A stretch of DNA of 64,000 nt from Octopus bimaculoides. Its lineage: Eukaryota. The position numbers and the translations under genes were made by a program. The stretch lies in assembly GCF_001194135.2 (NCBI RefSeq), contig NC_068983.1, forward strand, positions 115,413,023-115,477,022, in the 5' to 3' direction. The notes below the pieces were generated by a model that worked only from the letters and a program-made list of their open reading frames with translations, searched no databases and was not told the DNA's origin. Positions within the stretch are counted from its first letter, which is position 1. Each line of letters opens with the position of its first letter. Positions 26,225 through 39,229 of this stretch are shown here, one piece after another.

Positions 26225-26400
26225 GCTAGAAGTAGCAACCAAATCTTCATGCCACATCCTACATTTTTCAATAAAGAAAATGAGATATTGGATAGTGTCG
26301 TTCTTAGTATACTCTATTTAAAAACACAATAATATCACGATTGAAATGTTTTTTTTAATCCTCAGTCCGCTCGACCAATGCTGTCTTGGAGACTAAAAAT
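26225..26400 (-). repeat. Old interspersed repeat family D
   Basis: Shares gagatttgxxtgctayttctarcag..catataagct and caggtcagc..tggtcga motifs with 28085-28275 and 58150-58285. Confidence 0.5.
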
Positions 26401-26909
26401 AACATAATCATACTTTCTATTGTAAAAAAAAATTTTAAGCAGAGAAAAAAATTTCCTGCTGAAGTGAATTTTAAAATATTTTAATAATTCTTTTCATATT
26501 AATGAAGAATTTTGCAAATAAAAATAATGCGAAAATACTGAAACAATTATAATCAAAACAAACAATAGAAAGTCTAGTTACAGTGATTGTGATTCATCTT
26601 GTCACTTGATTACTTAACGAGTCCAAGGACTTAATTTCTAAAGCCTAGAACAGTGAATAATCGTAATCACCATGTATAAATTTTATCACTTGTGAAATAC
26701 TAAATTCAACAAAGAAAGCAAAACAATTATTGCTATTATACAACTACTAGCGTATATCATTGTATTTAAAATACTCATGGAAGAATTCTGGTCATCCTTC
26801 CATTCTCTAAAACCTTTTAGGCATTTCAATTTGTGAATTGCAGAGAAGGAACCTTAGACTAAGAAACTTATGGTAATAATTATTCTTAAACGCTCGTTTT
26901 ATTTTTCAG

Positions 26910-26965
26910 AATAGTAACATTAGCGATTCAAAGATTAGATCATGAGACCATTCAGAAACATAACA
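26910..26965 (+). CDS. Candidate 56-nt exon (IVTLAIQRLDHETIQKHN)
   Basis: gttttatttttcag|AATAG..ATAACA|gtaaga; single open frame. Confidence 0.45.
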
Positions 26966-28084
26966 GTAAGATTTTAATGGAAGGCATGTAAAAGAACGGT
27001 ATTGTCGCAGTATTATAAATTTCTTATCTGCCAGAACTTCAGAATTGACACATCGCATGTTCCATATTGCTTTACATATAATTCATGCCATTTCAGACAT
27101 GAAGTGTTGCAACAAGTTCCATAGATTTCCGGTGGGTGTGCTTATAACAGTAAGAGTTCAGGTAATAAATAACTGATCTTGTATTTTCTAATCCTATTAA
27201 ATTATAACATTAACCCGAGTTCCATTGATTTTCTTAACACTTTAAAATTGTTTATTATTGCCATAATTAGTGTTGAACGAGATTAATACTCTTGACTTTG
27301 TAGGAATATCTTCTCATTTTTATGTTTAACTGTCATCTCGAAATTTTAATAAAAGCCGCCAATTCAATGAATTCACTATGGCTACATTATTGCTTGGGTT
27401 AAAAGAAGTTAGTTATGAATATGAATTAATTGATTCCAGCAACGATAAAATTCATTTTGTTTGATAGCACAAGTTTGAGTCTTCCTTTATAAATATTAAC
27501 TATCACATACGATCAAAAGCTTTTTTCAACTTTTTCTTTTTTAAAGAAACCCAGTTCTAGTTCTTCTAGTAGTGTGTTTAATTTCATTTCTGTGTAATTA
27601 ATTAATACCTGCCTATCATCAGGTTGTAGTACCAGTTAAAAGAAAACCGCTTACTTGACCACAGAATCGATTATAAACCTTTGAGGGATAAGTTTCTTAC
27701 AAAATTCACGCTATCGCCTTAAAAAAGGGAAGACATTAGATAATGTACCCTATTACCTGAAATAATAAGATGGGGATAGTCATAACTGGAATGACTTTGA
27801 TCATAGCTTTGATCGATCAGAGGTGACTTGAACCTAAACAATACTAACATTAATATCATCCTTACTTATCAACGTATTTTTAATTCATCTATCATAAATA
27901 AATTACTCGGCTTAATAAAATAAATATGTCTTTTAATAATTTTCATATAAATAGTTCGACACAAGAATCTTCAGAATACCAAAATGTTATTCAAGTCCTC
28001 CAATAAATCCATATTGAATTAATAGATTAATATTGAGTTAATGAATTGCTTTTGATAGCACCCATTGACATTTGTCGTTATGGT

Positions 28085-28275
28085 GGTTAACCCCAGGTCA
28101 GCTCTAACTTAGCAGATCAACGACCAAAGATGTTGTACCTATGCGCATCCATCTTTCTCTGTAAGGAGAATGTATCAAGGAGTACATTATCAAATGTCTC
28201 CTTCATTTTTCAAGATGTAGAACTTAGTTTGAGAGAGATTTGACATGTATTTCCAGCTAGCAGAGGCTACTTCTC
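28085..28275 (+). repeat. Old interspersed repeat family D
   Basis: ccaggtcagctct...gagatttgacatgtatttcc. Confidence 0.5.
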
Positions 28276-29415
28276 TGATAATTCCTTCTGTTCATTGATC
28301 TCTATATTTCTGCTCATATTGTGTACTGTTTTCGTTTATTTTTTAGATATTTTCTGTAAAAGTGTATCTGAAAACACTTTTCTTTTTCTCTTTTCTTGAT
28401 TTATCATTTGATTTCTAATCCCGTCAAGGTCGGTTTGATTTTTTTTATATTTCTGGGACCCATTAATATTTCGTCTCATACTGGATATCGATTAAATCGA
28501 TTAATATTCTCCTAAAATATGTAGCCTTGTGCTAAATTTCGAAATCTATACTTAATACTTCATATCCATAGTGTTTATTATGAATATCTAAACGCATTCA
28601 CAACCATCAAACCAGCTGTTATTTCTAACGCACGTCACAGTGATTTCTAACATAGGCACAAAGCCTCAATTACTCGATTGATACTTAATCTGCCTCAGAA
28701 GGATGAAAATGGAGGTTAATCTTTTTGAACATAAACTATAACTAAATACAGCATCTCGTTTTCTCTACTATTTTTGCCAATCCATCGTGCTATATAACAC
28801 TCTTATTAATGCATTATTTCACTATATAAACTATACTCACAGTCGTTTTAAGCTTCGCGATATTAAAATACCTTTAAAGTGGTTTGTTCAGTGTGTTTTA
28901 TCGCTCAGATGATTTATTCATATGCCACTCAATAAAAAAATTTTAAAATACTGATCTGTGATATTTTTACTCCATGACTACAAGAATCAATTCCAAAAGT
29001 CACGGTTCTTTGACACGAATTTAAGTAGTATTTCTAGTTATCTTCTTTTCAGAATGTTACCTATTAAGAATTTCTTTCTTTTCTTTCAGTTTATTTTCTC
29101 TTTCTTATTTTACTTTAAACATTTATTAAGGTCTTTAAATATTGGAAAATTATTAACATTACATTCTTGATTAATCTGATGGTTTATTTCTAAATAAAAA
29201 ATTAAAAAATCAGGGTGAGGCGTTATCATATCAATTTTGTAATTAATCATTCAATTTTGATAATTCAGATTTTCATCATAATACTTTGATTACTCTTTAT
29301 GCGTGTTTAAATCATGATTAATTGCTGATTTAATTATGTTCCAAAATAACACGCAATAATGATTTGAAGGTTAAATGGGGTTACTGATATACTCTAGTTT
29401 TGCTTCGTACTCCAG

Positions 29416-29440
29416 AAATAAGAATTATAATGACCATTTA
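29416..29440 (+). CDS. Candidate 25-nt exon
   Basis: ttttgcttcgtactccag|AAATAAG..CATTTA|gtaagt; two frames open. Confidence 0.33.
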
Positions 29441-29589
29441 GTAAGTCAATTGAGTGTCTGCATTGTACCAAGTTAAGCGCTCCTGCCATGCTTTATTTGT
29501 GATAAAAGCGCACGTGGGAGTTGTCCTCCACGCAATTACCGCTTTTGTGTGTATGCTTGTGTGTGTGTGTGTGTGTGTGTGTTTACCTA

Positions 29590-30200
29590 TCTTTTATTTT
29601 TTACTTAGACTGCGGACTTGCTGGGGGACAGCCTTGAAGAATTTTTAGTCGAATGAATCAACACCAGTACTTTTTTTAAAGCCTAGTACTTATTATTTAA
29701 TCGACTCTTTTGCCGAATCGCTAAGTTACGGGAAAATAAGCACATCGACACTAGTTGTCAAGCGATAGTGTGGGGGACAACACAGACCTAAGGACGCACA
29801 CATGCACACACGCACGCACACACACACACACATATGAATATATATATATATATATATATATATAATACAAAGAATATATATGCATGTATACACACATATA
29901 TGTACATACTTACATCTACATGTGTATATAGATGCATATCAGGGTACAGGACGTTAGAACAATGAACTACAGACACGGAACGAACACATAGAAAAACGGA
30001 AAGCCACTTGGAATATTCCTTCATCAGCTGCCTCTATTCTAACCCGACGTTTATATACGATGTGCTTCTTTCAGTTTTCGTCTACCAAATCCACTCACAA
30101 AACTCTGGTCGGCTCGAGGCATGGTGCATCGCAGTCGGACTGATCCCAGAACCATGTAGTTGGGAAGCAAGCTCCTTGCCACATAGCCATGCCTGTGCCT
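29590..30200 (-). mobile_element. SINE family A with an expanded internal microsatellite or insert
   Basis: 3' half at 29590-29790 and head at 30062-30200, both on the minus strand. Confidence 0.82.
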
Positions 30201-30214
30201 ATAAAGCCGCTGGT

Positions 30215-30601
30215 GTCAGTCTTAGTCTACGGCCATGCTGGAGTCCTTTTTTAAAGATAATATTTTTTTAAATCAATTATATCTATCCCGGTACTTTATT
30301 TTAATCTGCTACTAGCATATGTCGAACTCAACGCACTGTTTTATACTTGTATACACAAAACATAGATACACACGCACATACCTAGCCCTATATATATATA
30401 GGATTTGCTTAGGTGTGTGTGCGCGCGTGCGTGTGCTTTTACGTCTCTCTTGTCGAATCGCTAAGTTACGGGGATGTAAACACATAAACACTAGTTGCCA
30501 AGCGGTAGTGGGAGTGCAAACACAGACAAACACACCCGCACGCACACACACACACACGCACGCACGCACACACGCACGCACACACACACACACATATGTA
30601 T

Positions 30602-30633
<32 letters not shown>

Positions 30634-30820
30634 GCATGCGCACACACAAAGACACTCACACAACACGGGCCTCTTTCAGTTTCCGTCTATCAAATCTACT
30701 CACAAGACTTCGGTTGAACCGAAGCTATAGTAGAATACACTTGCGCAAGATGCTATGCAGTGGAACTGAATCCGGAACCATGTGGTTGAGAAGCAAGCTT
30801 CATACCACACAGTCACACCA
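30215..30820 (-). mobile_element. SINE family A with expanded (CA/CG)n centre
   Basis: aatcgctaagttacggg..; tttcagtttccgtctatcaaatctactcacaag..; ccggaaccatgtggttgagaagcaagc. Confidence 0.8.
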
Positions 30821-30837
30821 CTCTGTGTGTGTATACA

Positions 30838-30870
30838 GAAAGAGACAGACAGACAGACAGATAGACAGAC

Positions 30871-30917
<47 letters not shown>
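30838..30917. repeat. (GACA)n(GATA)n microsatellite
   Basis: Directly visible. Confidence 0.95.
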
Positions 30918-30918
<1 letters not shown>

Positions 30919-31932
30919 GTGGCTTCCCTAGAGTTTGTCTTCTAAATTCCACATAGCCAACCAAATCTATAATAGAAAACATTTGTCGCCGAATGTCGAG
31001 CGCAGTAAGATATCGAACTGGGGAACATATGGTTGCAAAACCAACGTTTTAATCACACGGCTGCGCGTGCACTTCTTTGATTTAGTTGTTGTTGTTGTTG
31101 TATGCTTTTTTTGTTTTTGTGAGGAGGACATTTTACAAGAAAATACACTTTGTGCACGTTTTCGATGGAGATTTGCATTGACTCTATAGAGAGTATATGA
31201 TAACTATACATACAAAGTCATAGTTAAAACTTTCCTGCAACCATATTCATATCAAGACTATGCATGATTAGTGCTTGTATGACAACTAAACAACGAATAA
31301 TGTTTTCTCGTACGAAATTACTCTATATCTGATAGCTGATATTCTGTCTTTTTGTTCTTCATTATAATGTTCTGCCTTCATATTGAAAATGGCTCCATAA
31401 CAGAATAAAGTATTTATTATCTTAATGTTAAAACAGCTGCTTGAACTTTGTATAAATGCTTATGTATGAAGTGGTCTTTTAAATGGCTACTATATTTTCA
31501 AGTGTAAGTTAATAGTAGCAACATGTAAAAGATTCACTTCGACCATCATGCACCATGATATCTCTGAATTTGCTCATCAGCTGATTTACTCACATTTTTC
31601 TGAGTAACAATAACACTACCAAATTTAATTTAAGGTATAACTAAATATACTCAGCAGACCATAATCCGGTCATGTTTTCCACTTAATTTTATTTTGAATA
31701 TTTACTGGAGTAATTCTAACATTACATTAAGTGATTCGATTTTACCAATACAAAGCATAGACAAAAGAAATAAACTAATGGTAGCCTAAGCAATGTTCTA
31801 ACCTCTGAATGATTCCGAACAGAAGTTGGAAACTCCACCATAGAAATAACTGAAAATCTTGAAACATGCGTTACACTAAAGGAAAGACGTTATAACTTTG
31901 AGATTGCGATGCGTCAATATTTTATATCCCAA

Positions 31933-32228
31933 AGGCGGCGAGCTGGCAGAAACGTTAGCTCATCGGGCGAAATGCTTAGCGATATTTCGTCTGTCTTTAT
32001 GTTCTGAGTTCAAATTCCGCCGAGGTCGACTTTGCCTTTCATCCTTACAGGGTCAATAAATTAAGTACCAGTTGCGTATTGGGTCTGCCCTTCAAATTCC
32101 ACGAGGTCGACTTTTCTTTCATCCTTTCAGGGTCGATAATTTAAGTACCTGTTGCGTATTGTGGTCGATGTAATCGACTGGCCCCCTCCCCAAAAATTTC
32201 GGGCCTTGTGCCTAGAGTAGAAAAGAAT
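31933..32228 (+). mobile_element. SINE family B with an internal tandem duplication of its central domain
   Basis: 32009-32085 is duplicated at 32091-32166. Confidence 0.93.
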
Positions 32229-32241
32229 ATTTTAAATATCA

Positions 32242-32405
32242 AGGCGACTAGCTGCCAGAATCGTTAGGACACCGGACAAAATGCTAAGCTCCATTTCTTC
32301 CGACTTTACGTTCTGAGTTCAAATTCCACCGGAGTCAACTTTTCTTTTCATCCTTTCGGAGTCGATAAAATAAGTACCAGTTTGGCACTGGACCCGATGT
32401 AATCA
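32242..32405 (+). mobile_element. SINE family B copy, in tandem with the previous one
   Basis: aaggcgactagctgccagaatcgttagg..catcctttcggagtcgataaaataagtaccag. Confidence 0.9.
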
Positions 32406-32505
32406 AGGATAAACATACTTTATTTGCAAAAAACAGGCATCATATATTTGATATGATAATTTTTGAAGAAAATAACAGTTTATTTGTAAAAACAAAAGGC
32501 ATCAT

Positions 32506-33622
32506 TTATTTGGTATAGTGATTTTGGAAGCATGATGTTACACATAGGGGAACATTACAGATTGGGCACATATATTTTGATTTTTTTACGAGTTTGTCCC
32601 GCTACTGTCTCATTTCATTGCACAAGCCTTGCATTGTTGTTTTTGGATATTTCTTCTTTCTGATGAAAAACGAGCAGGATTAGAAGTTGTTGGGAGTCTA
32701 CCAGCTTTTGAATGTGGAATATGTCTTTTGTGATTGTTTGCTCAATGAATAGCAATTTGTATGGCAAAGAAGTAAGAGATTTGATCGCCGTTGCATCATC
32801 ACGGTCATGATTGTTGTTGTCTTCTCCGTCTTTATCATCTACTGTAAGAGATGCTTTATAAATGATGTATGACTTCCATAGTGCCAGAGCCATCAGGTAA
32901 AAGAAGTTATTATAGTATTTCTTGCCTTGTTTCAAAGGTACTGGCTAATCACTGAAATACTGATCGATCTTGCCGACCCCTCCCATTGCTAAATTGTAAT
33001 TGTTAAGAGCATCTAATCTTTTCATGATTTTGGTCGAGTACTTACTTTCTTCAAAACTTGACTGTGAACTGTAGGCAATAGGTGATTTTCAGGTCAAGAT
33101 ATTTCTTCTCCAAAAAGGCACAAATTTCACCCCTTTTCAGATTTTCTTTTTTCAATGGTTCAGGCATTTCCTTTCTGTTTTGATGTACAGTACCACACAT
33201 AAATATACGTCTAGACAAGTATTTCAGCTAACTGTGGACGAGTTTAAAAGTTATCAACACTCAGACAGTAGCAAAGGTTTCGTGAGGTCGAGGACATTGA
33301 TAGGTCATTAAATTCCTAATCAAACTTTGTCCATTTCCCTACATATATAATAACTACCCAAGCATACTCTAATTCAGATTTACACAGTATAAATTTTTTC
33401 ATACCAAATATACTAGGTTTAAGAATAATGTATTGAACCCATCGAAACCTACCCTTGTAGGCGTAGGAGTGGCTGTGTGGTAAGTAGCTTGCTTACAAAC
33501 CACATGGTTCCGGGTTCAGTCCCACTGCGTGGCATCTTGGGCAAGTGTCTTCTACTACAACCTCAGGCCGACCAAAGCCTTGTGAGTGGATTTGGTAGAC
33601 AGAAACTGAAAAGAAGCCCGTC

Positions 33623-33658
<36 letters not shown>

Positions 33659-34275
33659 NNNNNNNNNNTGTGTGTGTTTGTCCCCCAACATCGCTTGACA
33701 ATCGATGCTGGTGTGTTTACGTCCCCGTAACTTAGCGGTTCGGCAAAAGAGACCGATAGAATAAATACTAGGCTTCCAAAGAATAAGTCCTGGGGTCGAT
33801 TTGCTCGACTAAAGGCGGTGCTCCAGCATGGCCACAGTGAAATGACTGAAACAAGTAAAAGAGTAAAAGAGTATACAACATAAGGCTGCCATCAGCACCA
33901 AAATCCCTTTTTGAAAAATATGAACTCTGAAATTTTGCAAGTAAGTGACAGAACACATCAAATATGTTATTTAGTTTAGGACAGGGGTGAGTTTCAAAAT
34001 CATAAGTTTCATTGTCAGAGAAATCAAGATACTGCTGAATTTAACGATAGCGATCGGATGGCATAGTTCTTCCCAAACAGGATTGCTGAAGCACAGGACT
34101 CTTTGATAACTGCATGTCTTCTAGCAATTTGGCAATACGTTGAAGCATTCTCAGTGAAAACAAAGAACGCTTGAGGTTCAGCAGGTGTCCGATTACCTAC
34201 AGGATTTTGACCAGCAAACCTGTTTGTTTCCTTACAAATCAAATTATTCAATGTTTCATTAAACACCTGTAAAAG
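32506..34275 (-). mobile_element. Decayed piggyBac-family transposase, interrupted by SINE A
   Basis: Minus-strand peptides LICKETNRFAGQN; LLAKFQSSYF..DGSLML|KGRFRWVQYIILKPSIFGMK; CGTVHQNRKG; NYNLAMGGVGKIDQ; KKYYNNFFYLMALALWKSYIIYK; C-terminal CKAC..CPICNVPLCVTSCFQNHYT*. Confidence 0.88.
33460..33871 (+). mobile_element. SINE family A, full length
   Basis: Near-consensus copy inside the piggyBac coding sequence. Confidence 0.95.
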
Positions 34276-34304
34276 CTCGAGTATTTAACACTTATGAGGA
34301 AAAT

Positions 34305-35850
34305 GTAGAAAGAAACTGGTTTATATATTAAGATTGCATTATAGCTTGTAACTGACATAACGCAAGTTTGCTAAAATTTCATAACTTGCGGAAATAAACA
34401 AACATGTTTGCATAGTTCTTTGCATAATCAGTTGGAAATATCGGTTTTCGTTGTTATATTGACCAGCAAATAAAACAATATATAAAGCATCTATTGAAAA
34501 TTTACCACGAAAGAGTGAAAAGAAACAGTTTTATACATTAAGATTGTACTGTAGCTAGGAGCTATAGTTCAATTTTAATATATAAATGCTAATAATTAGT
34601 TACCATTTCATAAATTATTACCGTAAACAGAGAAAAAACAGAATAATTAATGTCAGATATTTTCGTAGAAATAAACAATGCAAATTGCTTTACTGAAATA
34701 ACAATAATAAAGCTAAGGTTTAAACAATGATAAATAACACAAAGAAGAAAAGTGCTCATTAAAATATATGGTAATGATATTTTATAGAAAACAGTTCAGC
34801 CGATCTTTGTACATCGATATTAGTATTGTTAAGGGAAGGCGGCGAGCTGGCACAGTCGCTAGTCTGTATTTATGTTCTGAGTTCAAATTCTGCCAAAGTC
34901 AACTTTGCCCTTATTCCTGTCGAGGTTGATAAAATATGTACCAGTTGATCACAGGGATCAATGTCATCGACTTACTCCCCCTCTGAACTTGCTGACTTTG
35001 TGCCAAAAATTTGAAACCAATATATATATATATATATATATATATCTTACTTGACAGAGAAAAAGTGAAAACTGTATCGTGAACAGTGAAAATAGAATTT
35101 AAGGTATATAGAATTATGTCCCTGCATACTTTGACGGTATCAAATTCAAAATCAATAACTAAAATTTTGTAAGAATTCTAAACATGCGAGAAAGTAATTG
35201 TTGAAAAGGTTTAGTGGCTAAAGAAATAAGATTTACTTGATTCTGTAGATCTGCTTGGTATACTCCAGCTATTTATTATTAATTTACAATCAAACTATGG
35301 AGGACCCATTGTTTTTCTAGATATGTGATTGAATTATGAAGTATTGTCAGGTTTGTTTATATATAAATTCGCGAAGGTTAACGATCCAAGACAAATTAAT
35401 TTCTTCAACATTTACGTGATCAGTTTTAAAAAAACGATAGCCATCGTTATGTAAAATGTAAAATAAAATATAAAATATAAAAAGATAAAATAAAATATTT
35501 ACCATAATATTTCGAGGTTGAGAAAAGATAAAAATCAAAAACAAACAATTATATCAACTTTTTAGCTAATAGGTTAACAGAAAATGTCTTTTTTCATCGT
35601 AGTATAGTGAAGCCAAAATAATATTTTTAAAAAATCATACAATAACGTAATGCATATAGTATCTTATATTTAATAATATCTTATATTTAATCTTCTGAAA
35701 CTATTTGTATTATTTTAGAATAAAATACCATTAATTAATATCGAAGATACGTTTTTAATGGGAAATCCTGACTTTTTAAGGTCCATATGGCCAACTTGAA
35801 GTAAAAAATATGTGGGAATTAGGAAATCTAGAGCTTAATCAAAGTGTTGT
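34305..35850 (+). repeat. Paralogous AT-rich unit, copy 1
   Basis: Blocks such as atgtcagatattttcgtagaaataaa, tttagtggctaaagaaataagattt and aaggtccatatggccaacttgaagtaa recur at 39.2-41.0 kb and 43.2-44.9 kb. Confidence 0.7.
34837..35020 (+). mobile_element. SINE family B (internal deletion)
   Basis: aggcggcgagctggcacag..gagttcaaattctgccaaagtcaactttgcc. Confidence 0.87.
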
Positions 35851-36009
35851 TTTGTGAATGCATGAAATTATTTTTTTGTATATAAGAATGAAAATGAGAA
35901 GGTGAAAGTGGAAAAAAGTGAGGTGAAGGAAGCACTGAATGATTACATGTAGTTAAAAGATTACCAAGTTCATAGGTATTTCCACCCAGAACTTCTAACG
36001 TTAGTTTTC

Positions 36010-36010
36010 T

Positions 36011-36060
<50 letters not shown>

Positions 36061-36072
36061 CATTTTCTCCTC

Positions 36073-36109
<37 letters not shown>

Positions 36110-36444
36110 TTCTCTCTCACACACACATAATCTACGTTATCTTGACATACAACATAAGTAACTACAGACATTACTATTTTGCTGACACTATTATTGTTGT
36201 TGTCAGTTGGTTATTCAGAAGTTTGTAATTGGTGGTGGTGATGGTAGTGGTGGTGGTGGTGATGGTGGTGGTGGTGGTGATGGCGGCAGCGGCGGTGGTT
36301 TCCCTAAGCGTGAAATCTCATAAAATGAAGTGCTCATAATGCAGGGAAGGTCTTATATATAATACATACATACAAATATATATATATATATATAACTTTG
36401 TATTTATCCTATCATACATGTATGTATGCAAATAGATAGGTAGT

Positions 36445-36481
<37 letters not shown>
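36010..36481. repeat. Microsatellite cluster (CT)n, (GGT)n, (TA)n, (GATA)n
   Basis: Directly visible. Confidence 0.95.
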
Positions 36482-36929
36482 NNNNNNNNNNNNNNNNNNN
36501 NNNNNNNNNNNNNNNNNNNNNNNNNNNNNNNNNNNNNNNNNNNNNNNNNNNNNNNNNNNNNNNNNNNNNNNNNNNNNNNNNACAAGTGGTTATATATTTT
36601 GATTATTCATCTGTATTGTTGTAACTAATCTTATCTGTAGTTAGTATGATACCTATTGAGTTTTATGAATTTATGAAATCCTTTCGTGTCATGATGTAGA
36701 TATAGCGTGGCTGAGTGGGCGTTGATAGCATTTCTAACGACACATCTATCTTACATAATTAAAGAGAACAGATTATTTTACAATTTGTAACACCTAAATG
36801 TTACTATATACTGAAGAACGTAATTCTCTAATACGTACCTCTCGACTTAGTTTCATTTTTCTTCGACAATTACGATTAAATCTATCTTACTAAAAGTAGA
36901 TGATTTTTGATCTCTCTAACACATAAAAT

Positions 36930-37157
36930 CCTCGACATATTGCCGGCATACTCCGCATTACAGGAACTTTGAGCTCCTGAAAGTTTTGCTGTAACATGGA
37001 TTTTTGTAACAGAAAGCCTATTTTACCATTGACTTCCTGTTACATGGAACTTAATGAACAAGGAACCAAAGAAAAATAGGTTTTGTATTACAAAACTCCA
37101 CGTTACAACAAGATTTTTAGAATGCAACGCTCCCGTAACGCGAGGGATGCTAATAGT
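36930..37157 (+). mobile_element. Possible non-autonomous Helitron/Helentron-like element
   Basis: Internal inverted repeat 36991-37024 / 37073-37106 and a GC-rich 3' hairpin cccgtaacgcgaggg followed by ..ctaatagt. Confidence 0.35.
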
Positions 37158-37159
37158 TG

Positions 37160-38700
37160 ATATGATTATCCATGAGTGTTCAAATTTCCCATTTACACTA
37201 ATTCGGCCTCTTCTGGTTTGTTGATTTATTTTAAGTGCTTGAGTTTCTCTTACTTTAAGTTAGACATATAGTCCTTCTTAAATATTTCTTCCTATACAAA
37301 CCTAATATAAAAAAAATTTACGAATTCCTCAATAAGAAATATATTTTTGATATTAGTTAATGCCCTTTTTATTTAACCTCAACAGTAACACATATCAGCT
37401 TTAAGACCTATGCAACTAATTATTTAACTTAATTCTTACTTATTTATTATGCGATAATATACACTGTGGGTCTTTTAGCTGAGCAATACTACGGTGAAGT
37501 GTTTTTTAACTGGTTGACTAAATATCAACTCCTCGATAATGAACCAAATAAATTGGTTTCTTTGTTTATTTTCGAGAGTTATAAATTGTAAGCTAATAGC
37601 TAGCATTTAAATATTAAGATTGAACCTTAGCTCGTAGCCATTGGATAAAACAGTTTCCTCTTATTCATTCGTTATAAGTTATTTTTAAATAGCTATATAT
37701 TCTTTTGTAACTGATCGACTGTGATTTTTACCTTATTATGCAAGATTTATATAAGAGGATTTTGTTTCTTCTCACAGGTTATAAACTTTTAGATTGCTAA
37801 CTAGCATTATCCAACGAGTTACAGTTTAATATTAATCCACAAAACAGTTTCTTTCTACGTTTTCATCGTAAATTCTAAACAAACGATTTATACATTGTTT
37901 TATTGACTGATCAATATAAATATGAAAATAATATCTTAAGGTTAAGTAACATATTCTGTATAATCATCATAACTGTATCATTCATCTTCAAAATTTTCCA
38001 TTTGTAATATAAATTTATTCGAATAATCCTCTTTCTTATTTGTTTATCGTGGAGGCGCAATGGCCCAGTGGTTAGGGCAGCGGACTCGCGGTCATAGGAT
38101 CGCGGTTTCGATTCCCTGACCGGGCGTTGTGAGTGTTTATTGAGCGAAAACACCTAAAGCTCCACGAGGCTCCGGCAGGGGGTGGTGGCGAACCCTGTTG
38201 TACTCTTTTACCACAACTTTCTCTCACTCTTTCTTCCTGTTTCTGCTGTACCTGTAATTCAAAGAGCCAGCCTTGTCACACTGTGTCACGCTGAATATGC
38301 TCGAGAACTACGTTAAGGGTACACGTGTCTGTGGAGTGCTCAGCCACATGCACGTTAATTTCACGAGCTGGTTGTTCCGTTGATCTGATCAACTGGAACC
38401 CTCGACGTCGTAAGCGACGGAGTGACAACAACATATTTGTTTATCAAATCAGATTCTCTCTTAAGTACCTCTAATCGTTAATCTTATCATCATCAAGATA
38501 ATTATTTGTCTTACAGAGATTTTGTAACCTTCCACAACTTTCGTTAAGGCGGTATATTCCGGTTTAGTTTTGTTTTTATATTGCTTTGTTCTTACTGTTA
38601 ACTTTGATCAGTACAAATATGATGTTAATCGTTGATATAAGCATATTCCGACCGCCGACATTATGTGAAGTTACATGGAAACAGCTTGTGATAATGAGAA
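37160..38700 (-). repeat. Paralogous AT-rich unit, copy 2 (inverted)
   Basis: Reverse complement is colinear with 39230-41050, lacks ~39990-40680, and carries a SINE C insertion. Confidence 0.88.
38049..38432 (+). mobile_element. SINE family C, full length, with 12-bp TSD
   Basis: tatttgtttatc on both flanks. Confidence 0.95.
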
Positions 38701-38789
38701 TGTCTTGAATAATAGAATGTACGCACTACATGTTTTGTTTTGAATTATTTGGTCTTCTTGACTTTTTGACCGAGAATATTACAGGATAG

Positions 38790-39135
38790 AGGGTGTGTGT
38801 ATGTATGTATGTATGTATGTATGTCTAAATAGACAGACAGACAGACAGACGGGCGGATGGATGGATGGATGAATGAATTGATGGATAGGTGGGTGGATGC
38901 ATGCATGCATGTCTACAAACATTTTGTTTGTGTGTATCTATTTTTTACCTATTTATATGCCTATCTATCTACCTACCTACTTACCTATGTATATATAAGT
39001 ATGTATCTATCTATATCTATCTATAAGTATGTATCTACCAATTTACCAATATAGGTATGTAGCTATCTATTTACCAATCTATCTACCTACCTACTTACCT
39101 AAGTACACCACCACCACCACCACCACCCACACACA
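38790..39135. repeat. Compound tetranucleotide microsatellite tract (TGTA, GACA, GGAT, CTAT, CAC)
   Basis: Fills most of the spacer of the large inverted repeat. Confidence 0.92.
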
Positions 39136-39229
39136 CATTCTTGTCATGTTGTTGACCAAAGAATTGAGAAAACTAAAGAATTCAAAACATAAAACACATA
39201 GTGCGTATCTTCTGTTATTCAAGGTATTC

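Noticed and set aside
29985-30052. Minus-strand ctgatgaaggaatattcc hammerhead-like start
   Set aside because: No GAAA follows stem II and no stem I pairing was found.
33896-33940. Apparent plus-strand exon ending in a strong gtaagt donor
   Set aside because: It is the antisense of the piggyBac transposase. This shows that good-looking splice sites arise by chance here, hence the modest confidence given to the other exon candidates.
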